The notes under the pieces are model-generated. The model saw only the letters and a list, made by a program, of their open reading frames with translations. It ran no database searches and was not told the origin of the DNA. The position numbers and the translations under genes were made by a program. From Micavibrio sp. (GTDB taxonomy: Bacteria > Patescibacteriota > Minisyncoccia > Moranbacterales > GCA-2747515), in assembly GCA_020718085.1 (NCBI GenBank), contig DYDB01000001.1, positions 117,902-181,901 of the forward strand: a stretch of 64,000 bases of DNA, in the 5' to 3' direction. Position 1 is the first letter of the stretch. The number at the start of each line of letters is the position of its first letter. Positions 40,261 to 49,445 of the stretch are shown piece after piece.

Positions 40261-41409
40261 TCAATCATTGATCCTCCAGTGTGTTTCCCAGATCAATTGA
40301 GTTAGTTTTGCATATATTTTTTCAGCATGAAGGCGTGTTTCGAGAGGGATGGTTGCGAGTGATCGCATGGCAAAAATGAGCTCACGCGCACCTTTTTCGA
40401 TATCCGTAGGACTCCAACTGATCGGGGCGGTTTCGATGAGTTTTGCTCTCGTTGACCACCACCACGCACAACTTGCCATTCCGCGATCTGCATGTTTACG
40501 AGCCGATATGTAATTTTTATCATCTGCGTGTGCAGTAACTGTCTCAAGTGTGAAGAGAACAAATTTCCATAGGGATGTATGGATCACATTGTCACTGGCG
40601 TTCCAGAGTTTAAATGGATTTTGTTCATTTAATTCTTCTTCAAGTGATTCCCAACTCGCTTCTCGCGGTGTAATTATTTTTTCCTGCTTTAAACTATTCA
40701 TATACTCGGATATAGTTGACATGACAATTGCAGGGTCGGTAAATGCTTTTTTGTAATATCCATGATCATCTTTATGCCAATGTCCGTAAAGTTCACCATC
40801 ATGGGCGATGATAAGTGTTTGGCCATCGATTTCGTCGCGCTGTTCGATGATGGATTGGGGTGGAAATGATTTTGAGAATGATCTGTCTCGAAAAAGCACA
40901 CGTAGACCGTTATGCGCAATTACATAGCGAACAGAATTATCTGGTTTACATTTAGAAATGTGGATCTCATCTAAAATAGTCCATTCAAAGCCCAGTGAAT
41001 ATATAATATCTGCAACCTTTTTACTGTAAGCCATTTCAGGGATGTAAAAACCCTTTGGCTTGTACGCATTTCCAAAAATCCTCTGACTGATCTCCGTATG
41101 TAAAGTGATTTGCCGACGTATTTCTTCATCTGAAAAAAAAGTGAGAATTGGGTGATACATGGCACTGCCAACAAGTTCTATTCTACCCGTTTCTACGAAT
41201 TCACGATATTCATTCAGGATTTTGTGATATCCGTGTGCTTCCATCAATTCCAACAATGAACCGGAAAAGTTCATGGTTAATCGAAGATGTGGGTATTGCC
41301 TCATCAGTTGTGGAATAAACGCGTATGATTCTTTGACGATCTGATCCACGATCTCCTTCGTTTGTGTTGGCGGCTGATAAAGGTGTAAAAAATTTATCCA
41401 TGTGATCAT
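40261..41409 (-). CDS. glycoside hydrolase family 57 (alpha-glucan branching/amylase-like)
   Basis: N-terminal WINFLHLYQPP (GH57 HQP motif region), about 380 aa catalytic domain. Confidence 0.7.
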   Translation of the reverse strand: MITWINFLHLYQPPTQTKEIVDQIVKESYAFIPQLMRQYPHLRLTMNFSGSLLELMEAHGYHKILNEYREFVETGRIELVGSAMYHPILTFFSDEEIRRQITLHTEISQRIFGNAYKPKGFYIPEMAYSKKVADIIYSLGFEWTILDEIHISKCKPDNSVRYVIAHNGLRVLFRDRSFSKSFPPQSIIEQRDEIDGQTLIIAHDGELYGHWHKDDHGYYKKAFTDPAIVMSTISEYMNSLKQEKIITPREASWESLEEELNEQNPFKLWNASDNVIHTSLWKFVLFTLETVTAHADDKNYISARKHADRGMASCAWWWSTRAKLIETAPISWSPTDIEKGARELIFAMRSLATIPLETRLHAEKIYAKLTQLIWETHWRIND

Positions 41410-42971
41410 GTGTGTGGTGTATTACGTAATAACTTAGATTTTCTGATTCGTTCCTGATGGTTCTGTTTTTTGAGTTGGATCGTTACTAAATATAGATCAA
41501 CATATTTCTGGGCAGGAAGTCGCCATGAATTAGCCTCAGAGAGTCCAAAAATACACAGATCCCTCCATGCACGTTTATGTTTAAAATTCTCCAGAGCGCG
41601 AATAATGGCGATGAGCAGATCGGTTGCGTTGTAGCGGTCAAAAGAAAAGCCATTTCCTGTTCTTGTCTGTGGGTCGTAGTCTTCTATGGTATCGGCAAGG
41701 CCGCCAATGTGATGCACAACAGGAATGCATCCATACCGCAAAGCGATCATCTGATTGATGCCGCATGGTTCAAAGCGAGACGGCAAAAGAAATATTTCCG
41801 CTCCGGCATACAATAATGTTTCTTCCTCTTGGTTGAATTTAGTATACGCAACTTGTCCAGGGAATTCTTTTTGCAATTCCTGAAATGATCTGACAGTTTG
41901 ATTGTCACCGTCACCCATAATCAGAAATTGCACACCACGTTGAAGAACATCACGGATAATTTCAAAGATCAGTTTAAACCCTTTTTGTTCGCATATGCGT
42001 GACGTTGTGCATATGAGCGGAATTTCTACATCAACAAAAAGTCCATATCGCATTTGCAGAGCTTTCTTATTGTACTTTTTCAGCCTTACGGATTTGCTAC
42101 TGTAATGTCGAACTAATCCTGGGTCTGTTAGTGGGTTAAAATCATCGTAATCAATGCCATTTACTATACCGAATAAGATATTTTTTTTGCTCTTGAGAAG
42201 TTGATCGAGATCTTCTCCAAATGGTTTTTTGAGTATTTCCTCACGATATGTTTCAGATACTGCATTGATCGCGTCTGCATAGAGAATGGCGCGTTTTGCG
42301 AAATTCAGTCGTTCTATTTTCTTCGTATTTGCAAATAGGGGGAGTTTTGAATGCCCATCGTCGATGCCTTTGGGTGGGATAGTGAACCAATCATGGCCTA
42401 GCTGAAAGGATAAATTATGGATGGTAAAAAGTGTTGCTGTCTTGTCCCAAAACGGATCTTTCTTATAGCGAGTTTTCAAAAGAAAGGGGATCATTCCTGC
42501 ATGCCAGTCATGACAGTGGATGATCGTAGGTGTGAAATTGATCTTTTTCAAGAGAAAAAGTGTCGCAATGTTGAAAAATAGAAATCGTGCATTATCATTA
42601 TCTGCACCATAATATTTTTTATGTTGTCCAAAATACTTTTTATTTTCTATAAAATACACAGGCACCTTTTCAGTTCCAAGTAAACCTTTGCGATAGTAGA
42701 CTTTTTCAAAAACTCCCGGCTCCACTTCAATTTTTTCTACACCTCCGACACGATCAATCGTATAGGTGGCGGTGTCGATCAATTTTTCATAATACGGTGT
42801 AATGATAATGGTATCAATACCCAGATCCTGCTGTGCTCGTGGTAAAGATCCAAGTACACTGGCAAGTCCGCCAGTTTTTGAGAATGGATCTACTTCCGAT
42901 GCGATATGGGCAACGCGCATTTTGAGCATGTTCCGAATGGGATTTTTTTTCATAATGTGTGATACATGCAT
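41406..42971 (-). CDS. glgA: glycogen synthase (GT5); true start probably about 42917
   Basis: MRVAHIASEVDPFSKTGGLASV (KTGGL motif). Confidence 0.85.
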   Translation of the reverse strand: MHVSHIMKKNPIRNMLKMRVAHIASEVDPFSKTGGLASVLGSLPRAQQDLGIDTIIITPYYEKLIDTATYTIDRVGGVEKIEVEPGVFEKVYYRKGLLGTEKVPVYFIENKKYFGQHKKYYGADNDNARFLFFNIATLFLLKKINFTPTIIHCHDWHAGMIPFLLKTRYKKDPFWDKTATLFTIHNLSFQLGHDWFTIPPKGIDDGHSKLPLFANTKKIERLNFAKRAILYADAINAVSETYREEILKKPFGEDLDQLLKSKKNILFGIVNGIDYDDFNPLTDPGLVRHYSSKSVRLKKYNKKALQMRYGLFVDVEIPLICTTSRICEQKGFKLIFEIIRDVLQRGVQFLIMGDGDNQTVRSFQELQKEFPGQVAYTKFNQEEETLLYAGAEIFLLPSRFEPCGINQMIALRYGCIPVVHHIGGLADTIEDYDPQTRTGNGFSFDRYNATDLLIAIIRALENFKHKRAWRDLCIFGLSEANSWRLPAQKYVDLYLVTIQLKKQNHQERIRKSKLLRNTPHT

Positions 42972-43313
42972 CTTATAAATTATTTTAGACCGATAGAAAT
43001 TATATCTAAAAGTGTGAAGTTATAAAAGGGCCGTTTTTTGTTTTTGTGTACAAGTAGAGAAATAGGGTTAAACAAATTTTATGCAATAAAAAGATAAATT
43101 TGGCAAATGATAATATAGTAAGCTTAGCATTGTTTTTAACTAAAGTATATGGGTACATCTCATATGCTTTATATCTAAAATTATATTTCTGTATAATTCA
43201 TTGACATATTCTATTTAGCATGGTATTGTTCAAAGTCTTTTATTTGGATAATGTGTTTTTTTAATAACGGTCAGGTATTTTTGACGTAATCTTATGTAAA
43301 GAAGGAGGGGTAT

Positions 43314-43820
43314 ATGGTCAGAATTGATATTATCAGCTTTGAACGTGAAACTGTAAATATCGGGCGCAGAGTATTGGAAATATTGCGCAAAATAGGCAAA
43401 GGTGAAAGCGATGTAACGGTTTTGGCACTTCCGCATAAAACGGAAGAAAATACAGAACCATATATCAAAATGGTCTGTGTTGAGTTGTCTCCAGTTATGG
43501 AGATTCTTTCTGCATTTAGGCAAGAAAAATATTTCCAGAATGTGTGTATTATTGCCGGCTCCATCTGTGGCATGAGGATTTCCGCATCAGAATTTGATCA
43601 AAAAATATCTGATATTGAGACCGCATGGAATAAAGGGCCACGATATGGTGTATCTGACAAGGTTCAATGTCATGGTCTTCCCGGTACTATCAAAGAAAGA
43701 CAGTTGATATACCACAATCGAGGCGAAACGTGGACATGGGGATATGACGTTGAATGGGACAAAGAAAAACCCAGTATTTCACTTGTATATCTGCCGGAAG
43801 GATATTTGCAAGATGCATAA
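43314..43820 (+). CDS. hypothetical protein (cassette A)
   Basis: 168 aa; RBS GAAGGAGGGG upstream; promoter-like TTGACA at 43203. Confidence 0.5.
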   Translation: MVRIDIISFERETVNIGRRVLEILRKIGKGESDVTVLALPHKTEENTEPYIKMVCVELSPVMEILSAFRQEKYFQNVCIIAGSICGMRISASEFDQKISDIETAWNKGPRYGVSDKVQCHGLPGTIKERQLIYHNRGETWTWGYDVEWDKEKPSISLVYLPEGYLQDA

Positions 43821-43847
43821 AGCAGTTTAGTCGGTGAAAAGATCGAC

Positions 43848-43889
43848 AAAACGACCCGCTTATAATAAGCAGGGTCGTTTTCTTTTTCC
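43848..43889 (+). terminator. terminator, member of conserved AAAACGACCC...GGGTCGTTT family
   Basis: AAAACGACCCGCTTATAATAAGCAGGGTCGTTTTCTTTTTCC. Confidence 0.75.
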
Positions 43890-43903
43890 TTATAAAAATC
43901 ACT

Positions 43904-43951
43904 GTCATCCCGCCACTACGCCTGCCTGCCGGTAGGCAGGGTCGGGATGAC
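43904..43951. repeat. hairpin repeat, CATCC...GGATG family (copy 0)
   Basis: TGTCATCCCGCCACTACGCCTGCCTGCCGGTAGGCAGGGTCGGGATGACA; shares CTGCCTG.CCGGTAGG core with copies at 46331 and 47150. Confidence 0.6.
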
Positions 43952-44018
43952 AAAAAAATCGTGTGATTGTTTATAGTTGTAGCTGTTTTTAGTTTTCAGA
44001 TTGTTTGACGCGATACTA

Positions 44019-44048
44019 TTGACAAAAACACAAAATTAATGTATAGTG
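44019..44048 (+). promoter_or_regulatory. sigma70-type promoter for cassette B
   Basis: TTGACA-N18-TATAGT. Confidence 0.6.
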
Positions 44049-44108
44049 GCAAGTTGGGTTTTTTAACAGAAGACAGCAAGTAATCACAAAAACACATTGA
44101 GGAGGATG

Positions 44109-44783
44109 GTCATGGTAGAGGACATTTTTTCTGGTGAAGTGATGGGAAGTCCTGCTTTTCCGAAAAAGGGTTTTTTGAACGCATGGGACAAGAGGGATTG
44201 GGGAATCAAAGTCCTGGAAGAGTACGTGAGGAAAATTCATGGACGTACGATCTCCGCCTATGACAACGGCAACAGGCAGGGTCGTTTGACCGGAATAAAA
44301 GCGTTTGTTCAGCTGGGTGAAAAACTGATCACATACGCCCTGATCGAGCCCAAAAAAAAGCAGGACCAGGTTCTGATCGTGCGCACAGAGTCGCATGTTG
44401 ATGAGCTCTCTACTGTCGAGTGCCTACCGTCCGAGAATGATAGTGTCAACACACTCGCAAGTGCGTTCACAAAAGCAAAGATCGATCCAGATCAGCTCAG
44501 GCAGGAACTTCCTTCCAAAGATGAGCTGATGGTTGTGGAGATCAATCACAATCGTAAAACCAACTCACTGGGAATTGCACCACAATATCTGGATGAGGAT
44601 CCTTTGTTGAGCGGTCAGAAATCCATGCGCGTTTTTTATCCCGTTTCGGTTAATGGTGAGCTGCAGATTGGCCAAAAATGGCGCTGTCGGCAGACAAAAA
44701 AACCTGTCGTTGCCGGTGCAAACAAGCATGGCGTCCCGATGATTCACATCAATGTGGAGCTCATGCGGGCCATGGCAGCTTAG
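44109..44783 (+). CDS. hypothetical protein (cassette B)
   Basis: Start at ATG after GAGGAGG; about 224 aa; higher GC than neighbours; no motif. Confidence 0.5.
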   Translation, partial: VMVEDIFSGEVMGSPAFPKKGFLNAWDKRDWGIKVLEEYVRKIHGRTISAYDNGNRQGRLTGIKAFVQLGEKLITYALIEPKKKQDQVLIVRTESHVDELSTVECLPSENDSVNTLASAFTKAKIDPDQLRQELPSKDELMVVEINHNRKTNSLGIAPQYLDEDPLLSGQKSMRVFYPVSVNGELQIGQKWRCRQTKKPVVAGANKHGVPMIHINVELMRAMAA

Positions 44784-45026
44784 ACAAAATTTCCACAAAG
44801 GAAAAATATACGACTCAGTCATCCGATGATGATTGGGTCGTATTTATTTTTGCAAATCGTATGTAATTGTAGGGTCTTTGCGAGAAACGGAGCAAAGCGT
44901 AGTGACGAAGCAATCTCAATTGATGTATGAGAAATTGCATATGTGAGATGGCTTCGTTGCCACACTCCTTCCGTCAGAAGTAAGACAAGTGTAAAGCTGT
45001 CAAAAAAGTGAACATTTTATACTGCA

Positions 45027-45054
45027 TTGACTATAAATATGTAGAGGATATAAT
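45027..45054 (+). promoter_or_regulatory. sigma70-type promoter for cassette C
   Basis: TTGACT-N16-TATAAT. Confidence 0.55.
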
Positions 45055-45113
45055 ATACGGAAATAGTATTATTAACAACAATATAATAAAAAATATCTGA
45101 AAAAGGAGCGAAG

Positions 45114-45392
45114 ATGTTTTCATCACAGAATATTATAATTCTCTGTATTTTTATCGGTCTTTTGCTCATTACGGCAGGAGCCATGTTCTATCTGGGTATG
45201 TGTTATGGCAAGGAGGAAGAAAAAGATGGATGGCATAAAAAATTTTTAAAAGATGTGGTCAAATCACAATCAAAAAAATGGGTGTGTACAGTTCTCATCA
45301 CATACCGCAAAGATTCAGATGTTGTACCCGATATCAACGTGGCCATCGGAAGCATGAAACCGGCTGATCCTGCATCCGATGGCAAAAAGTAA
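45114..45392 (+). CDS. small membrane protein (cassette C)
   Basis: 92 aa, one N-terminal TM; RBS AAGGAG. Confidence 0.5.
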   Translation: MFSSQNIIILCIFIGLLLITAGAMFYLGMCYGKEEEKDGWHKKFLKDVVKSQSKKWVCTVLITYRKDSDVVPDINVAIGSMKPADPASDGKK

Positions 45393-45436
45393 TATCAAAC
45401 CGCATATCAGATTTTTTTCAACAGATCTATTTTGCA

Positions 45437-45480
45437 AAACGACCCGATCACATAATGTGAGAGGGTCGTTTAATTTTTTT
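45437..45480 (+). terminator. conserved-family terminator (copy 1)
   Basis: AAAACGACCCGATCACATAATGTGAGAGGGTCGTTTAATTTTTTT. Confidence 0.75.
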
Positions 45481-45503
45481 ATAACAGTGGGACTTATGTG
45501 TTT

Positions 45504-45593
45504 GTCATCCTGAGCGAAGTCGAAGGATCTTAAAATGCAAAAAATACGATGGAGTGCCGTTGTAGGAGATTCCTCCACTTCGGTCGGAATGAC
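45504..45593. repeat. imperfect hairpin repeat GTCATCCTGAGCGAAGTCGAAGGATC ... TTCCTCCACTTCGGTCGGAATGAC
   Basis: 26 nt left arm nearly identical (24/26) to inverted copy at 51913-51938; right arm partially complementary. Confidence 0.6.
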
Positions 45594-45633
45594 ATAGACT
45601 CTCATATCGTAAGATGTATTAAAAAGTCGATAA

Positions 45634-45662
45634 TTGACAAGCGGTTGTAAAAATAGTACAAT
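45634..45662 (+). promoter_or_regulatory. sigma70-type promoter for cassette D
   Basis: TTGACA-N17-TACAAT. Confidence 0.55.
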
Positions 45663-45728
45663 GGTGAGTCTTTGGTCATTTAAAAAAGTATTTCTACAAA
45701 CAACGCTATATATTGTGGAGGTTCAAAA

Positions 45729-46235
45729 ATGGAATTGAAAGAGGGTCTCGTGTTAGTCCTTGATGATGGGAGTTATTCTTATGAATTAGAAAAAGATTTT
45801 GTCGCTTTTGCGGCAGATGAGCGATTGATCCATTATGCGTGCATGGCCGCGCGACCGGGATTTGAAGAATTATCAGCAAAGCTTGAACATACACATTACA
45901 AACCACTGACAGTGCGAAATGAGCTCATGAGTGTACGAGCGTTGTTGTGGAATGACATCACGTGGTTCGTGATCAGTATACCATCCAAAGAAAAACATCT
46001 TTTGGAGGATATGGCCGGAACGTATGGCATGCGAGTCGCCAACGGTGTTCCGATGATGTTCGGACATAATTGCCGTATGCATTTTCCGATACGCGGTAAA
46101 AATGTCTTTACATTGGAAAACGTGGCTGGCCATCCGGTGTATCGCAACGACGCTGCCATTAATTGTGCAATGCAACAAGCAGAGCGTGAGGCTGCGGAGA
46201 ACATCAGAGCCGACAAAGAACAAAAGCCAAGTTAA
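45729..46235 (+). CDS. hypothetical protein (cassette D)
   Basis: 168 aa; RBS GGAGG; no motif. Confidence 0.5.
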   Translation: MELKEGLVLVLDDGSYSYELEKDFVAFAADERLIHYACMAARPGFEELSAKLEHTHYKPLTVRNELMSVRALLWNDITWFVISIPSKEKHLLEDMAGTYGMRVANGVPMMFGHNCRMHFPIRGKNVFTLENVAGHPVYRNDAAINCAMQQAEREAAENIRADKEQKPS

Positions 46236-46279
46236 AAACCCACCAGCAGAAAATCTGCTTCGGTGGGTTTTCTGTTTTT
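46235..46279 (+). terminator. rho-independent terminator
   Basis: AAAAACCCACCAGCAGAAAATCTGCTTCGGTGGGTTTTCTGTTTTT. Confidence 0.75.
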
Positions 46280-46330
46280 ACAATATGATAAATAGAGGAT
46301 AATTACGAAAACTTAAAAAATCACATATGT

Positions 46331-46388
46331 CCCCATCCCTATGGGAGAGTCTGCCTGTCCTGCAGGGATGGGTTGGGGTGAGGGAAGT
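46331..46388. repeat. hairpin plus G-quadruplex-motif repeat (copy 1)
   Basis: CCCCATCCCTATGGGAGAGTCTGCCTGTCCTGCAGGGATGGGTTGGGGTGAGGGAAGT; contains GGG-AT-GGG-TT-GGGG-TGA-GGG. Confidence 0.65.
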
Positions 46389-46417
46389 TGAAAAGGGTTA
46401 GACATTATCGGCATGTA

Positions 46418-46446
46418 TTGACAATATATCAAAAATGTTCTATAAT
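46418..46446 (+). promoter_or_regulatory. consensus sigma70 promoter for cassette E
   Basis: TTGACA-N17-TATAAT exact consensus hexamers. Confidence 0.65.
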
Positions 46447-46514
46447 GTCCAGATGCTTAATAGTGAGCGGAATCTCGTTTCTTTACAATATCAACTTGAA
46501 TAAGGGGTGAAAAT

Positions 46515-47075
46515 ATGAAAAAAGGCGATATCATCATCAAAAGTACCAATCGTGGATACATGTCAATGAACTTTTGGGCAGTGTTATGGTGCGTTGGTTT
46601 TTATTTCATCGCCAGATGGGCGGATCTATATATGGAAGATGATTATATGAGTTATAGATTGTTTCCATGGCCGCCTCTCTGTGTGTATGGTTCGTATGTG
46701 GTAATGGGTATTATTGCAGTGGTTAATATATATACTATTATTTACTCTGCTAAAGAGGTGGGAATCATCTCATACGGGGAAAATGGTTTTTTGGAAAAAC
46801 TTTCTGCTTGGTCATATGGTTTTCCATTTTCCAAGCGAACCGTAGATTTACCATTCAATCGCATTATTGAAATTGAAGTCTCGCAAGGAAGCATTGACCG
46901 TTTGCTCAATACCGGTTCGCTGACTGTAAAATTCATTACATTTGCGAATGCAGAGACCTTGGAGAAAAAGTGGACATTTCCTGCGATCTGCGCTCCAGTA
47001 GCGAGAAAAAAAGAGATTGAAGAAGCCATAGCAGACCATGAGGGCCTGCTGGTCAAGTTGAAAACAGAGCAGTAA
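46515..47075 (+). CDS. bacterial PH-domain membrane protein (bPH_2/YdbS-like, DUF304) (cassette E)
   Basis: Two N-terminal TM helices followed by VDLPFNRIIEIEVSQGSIDRLLNTGSLTVKF, the characteristic bPH_2 core. Confidence 0.6.
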   Translation: MKKGDIIIKSTNRGYMSMNFWAVLWCVGFYFIARWADLYMEDDYMSYRLFPWPPLCVYGSYVVMGIIAVVNIYTIIYSAKEVGIISYGENGFLEKLSAWSYGFPFSKRTVDLPFNRIIEIEVSQGSIDRLLNTGSLTVKFITFANAETLEKKWTFPAICAPVARKKEIEEAIADHEGLLVKLKTEQ

Positions 47076-47106
47076 AATATCACTGCTCAAAAAAGAGAAA
47101 AGATCT

Positions 47107-47144
47107 CAAATCATAATGGTTTGAGATCTTTTTACTTTATGTAA
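47107..47144 (+). terminator. rho-independent terminator
   Basis: AAAAGATCTCAAATCATAATGGTTTGAGATCTTTTTAC. Confidence 0.7.
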
Positions 47145-47149
47145 AAAAA

Positions 47150-47210
47150 GCCCCTTCTCCCTATGGGAGAGCATGTCTGTCCGGTAGGGATGGGTTGGGA
47201 TGAGGGAAGT
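47150..47210. repeat. hairpin plus G-quadruplex-motif repeat (copy 2)
   Basis: CCCCTTCTCCCTATGGGAGAGCATGTCTGTCCGGTAGGGATGGGTTGGGATGAGGGAAGT. Confidence 0.65.
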
Positions 47211-47238
47211 CGAATTCGTTCGGATAGGATCAAAGAAA

Positions 47239-47268
47239 TTGACAAAAATAGAAATTTATGATATAATG
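47239..47268 (+). promoter_or_regulatory. consensus sigma70 promoter for cassette F
   Basis: TTGACA-N18-TATAAT. Confidence 0.65.
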
Positions 47269-47331
47269 GTCATTCAGAAAAACTCTGATTTTTATTATTT
47301 AAAAACCACCATAAGATAAAGGAGAGAAAAG

Positions 47332-47850
47332 ATGAAGAAGGTAATGATCAATACAAGCATTGTATGTGCAGCGATTATTATTTTATTTGGAGGAACTGGA
47401 ATTGTTTTTTTGAAGATCATGTGTAGCGACAAGATTTCTACGGAAATGCTTGTTGATATACACAATGATCCGTTCAAATTCCCACTGTGGGAAATGACAA
47501 AAAAAGATCTTCAAAAAGAAATACCGGCGATGTCAGGAAAAAATCTCGGAAAACTAATTCAGAACATGAACCAGTTTGCACGAGAACTATCGTCGAATGA
47601 GATCGTTAAGCGAATTTCTGCTTACAGTTCGGGAGATGTCATAACTTTAGGCAATGAAATCAATCGAATGGATGTTTGGGAGGTGCTAATCGCCAAAGAA
47701 ATATCTCCCAGAATTAAAGATCTTGATGCAATGGATCTTCATAGCTTGTCAAAAACTCCTTTGAGAGATTTGGCAATTGCTGAGATTCGTTATCGCATTA
47801 GCAACAGCACATTGGATCAGAAATTTCTTCAAATGTGCATGATAGATTGA
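47332..47850 (+). CDS. hypothetical secreted/membrane-anchored protein (cassette F)
   Basis: 172 aa; N-terminal signal/TM; low GC; RBS AGGAGAG. Confidence 0.5.
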   Translation: MKKVMINTSIVCAAIIILFGGTGIVFLKIMCSDKISTEMLVDIHNDPFKFPLWEMTKKDLQKEIPAMSGKNLGKLIQNMNQFARELSSNEIVKRISAYSSGDVITLGNEINRMDVWEVLIAKEISPRIKDLDAMDLHSLSKTPLRDLAIAEIRYRISNSTLDQKFLQMCMID

Positions 47851-47868
47851 AGAGCACTTCATTTTATC

Positions 47869-47912
47869 AAAACGACCCGATCACATAACTGTGGTTGGGT
47901 CGTTTAAATTTT
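47869..47912 (+). terminator. conserved-family terminator (copy 2)
   Basis: AAAACGACCCGATCACATAACTGTGGTTGGGTCGTTTAAATTTT. Confidence 0.75.
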
Positions 47913-48046
47913 AATAATATTATTAATGTGATAATAAGTATTTTGAACTTGTGTACCATGTTTGAACTTTTTATACAAAAACGAGGATATTCGACCACTT
48001 TAGATCGCGAATCAGAAAACCTAAAAAATCATCTATATATCAACAA

Positions 48047-48172
48047 ACCCCCTCTCCCTATGGGAGAGGGTTGGGGTGAGGGAATTAGTAAATTGTGCAA
48101 GAATGGCATATTTTTTGTGTATGAGAAATGTTATATCCCTCACCTCAGTCCTCTCCCATAGTGAGAGGAGGC
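48047..48172. repeat. G-rich repeat copy 3 (48047-48084) with diverged inverted partner (48135-48172) forming a large hairpin
   Basis: AACCCCCTCTCCCTATGGGAGAGGGTTGGGGTGAGGGAATT ... ATCCCTCACCTCAGTCCTCTCCCATAGTGAGAGGAGGC. Confidence 0.6.
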
Positions 48173-48197
48173 AATATTTTATTGGCAGGTTGGATAT

Positions 48198-48226
48198 TTG
48201 ACAAATCCAATATAATGGTATATAAT
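48198..48226 (+). promoter_or_regulatory. consensus sigma70 promoter for cassette G/H
   Basis: TTGACA-N17-TATAAT. Confidence 0.6.
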
Positions 48227-48259
48227 GCGAATTTGACGTGGTGTCAATTTATGAATTAA

Positions 48260-48757
48260 TTGTTCGTTGTCAAATTTTACTCAGGAGTGTATATGAAAGC
48301 TAAATATCTGCAATACTGCGTGTTATTGGCAATCTCATGTTTTATTATGGGAATTCATTCTATCGCTTGCGCCGATGATTTTAAAGCTATGTTGGCGCCA
48401 GCACCAGATCAAGAGATCTCTGTGAGAGGGCATCTGGAAAAGGATGGTAAAAAAATGATCGTGGAATATGTTTTTGATTTCCACAATCCTGATCAGCGCA
48501 ATCGTTCTCAAAAGATTTTTGATGACGTTTATCTCAGGTTGCTACGAAATAATTGGAAGCAATCGTTGAGTTTTAATGTCACTTTAGCCGACTATTATGT
48601 TTCGCTGACCTATGTATTCGAGAAGTCACCAAAACAATTGGCAGGCATTATGGTGGAGCGGTGTCAAAAAGGTGACATTAAAGAAAAGCAGATACTATTG
48701 CAATATGGTGCTAATGCCGCGGAACACGTAGTTTCAGCACTAGATAGTGTTAAGTAA
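48260..48757 (+). CDS. hypothetical secreted protein (cassette G)
   Basis: Signal peptide MKAKYLQYCVLLAISCFIMGIHSIACADD; 165 aa; no motif. Confidence 0.5.
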   Translation: MFVVKFYSGVYMKAKYLQYCVLLAISCFIMGIHSIACADDFKAMLAPAPDQEISVRGHLEKDGKKMIVEYVFDFHNPDQRNRSQKIFDDVYLRLLRNNWKQSLSFNVTLADYYVSLTYVFEKSPKQLAGIMVERCQKGDIKEKQILLQYGANAAEHVVSALDSVK

Positions 48758-48778
48758 TCATAGTACGTAATTCAACGG

Positions 48779-49198
48779 GTGAATTACGCTTCACAGCATC
48801 GCTCTTATAATGAGGGCACAGCACCGGAGGTAATGACAATGGAAAATTCAGTAAAGATCGAACAGGCAGAAGGTGATTTTCAAGTTCATGCACAATTATC
48901 TAGCGAATTGCTTAGCAACATTGATGACTTAAAGGCGCTATTAAATCAATCCTTGAGTCGGAACAACATACATGCGTGCATGTGTAGATTCAATGATGTT
49001 GTCGTATTTTCATCCTCTAATTTTGGGGGATGGTCAGAGAAGACGGCGCAGATCGTGTTTGGGAAAGTGGTTGAATGTTTACCGGTTTATGAACTGAGCA
49101 TAAAGCTGACCAAACGGAAAAGACAGGTTCGGGATGCACTGAACAAGTGCACTGATCCTACACTCATCGAAGAGATCGGACGCCTGTTAAGAGTCTAA
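48779..49198 (+). CDS. hypothetical protein (cassette H), co-transcribed with G
   Basis: 139 aa; start may be internal Met; no terminator between G and H. Confidence 0.45.
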   Translation: MNYASQHRSYNEGTAPEVMTMENSVKIEQAEGDFQVHAQLSSELLSNIDDLKALLNQSLSRNNIHACMCRFNDVVVFSSSNFGGWSEKTAQIVFGKVVECLPVYELSIKLTKRKRQVRDALNKCTDPTLIEEIGRLLRV

Positions 49199-49211
49199 TG
49201 ACTCACCAACG

Positions 49212-49255
49212 AACAACCCAATCACATAATGTGGCTGGGTCGTTTAATTTTTATT
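49212..49255 (+). terminator. conserved-family terminator (copy 3)
   Basis: AACAACCCAATCACATAATGTGGCTGGGTCGTTTAATTTTTATT. Confidence 0.7.
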
Positions 49256-49445
49256 GGACGATAAAATGCGAAAAATACGTAGTTGGCTCTATCGGAGGAA
49301 ATCCGAACTATTTTATGTAATTTATAGAAAATATTGTCAATTTCTGGTATACTTCAGCTATAAAAGTAAAGAGGTTTACTTTACTATATTGTATGATATT
49401 ATATTGTGTTACAATGCGATACATAGACATTAATTAGATGGTGAT

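Noticed and set aside
47895-48161. 88-aa ORF ending PLPMGEGWGEGISK...
   Set aside because: Its 3-prime half is the translation of the G-rich or palindromic repeat (CCCTATGGGAGAGGGTTGGGGTGAGGG); an artefact of repeat sequence, no RBS.
43800-49300. Considered whether the repeated terminator and G-rich elements constitute a CRISPR array or an integron attC series
   Set aside because: Repeat spacing is irregular (0.9-1.8 kb) and the intervening segments are full-length genes with their own promoters. There are no cas, intI or RT genes in the window. Not CRISPR, not a classical integron, and no DGR template or variable repeat pair recognised.
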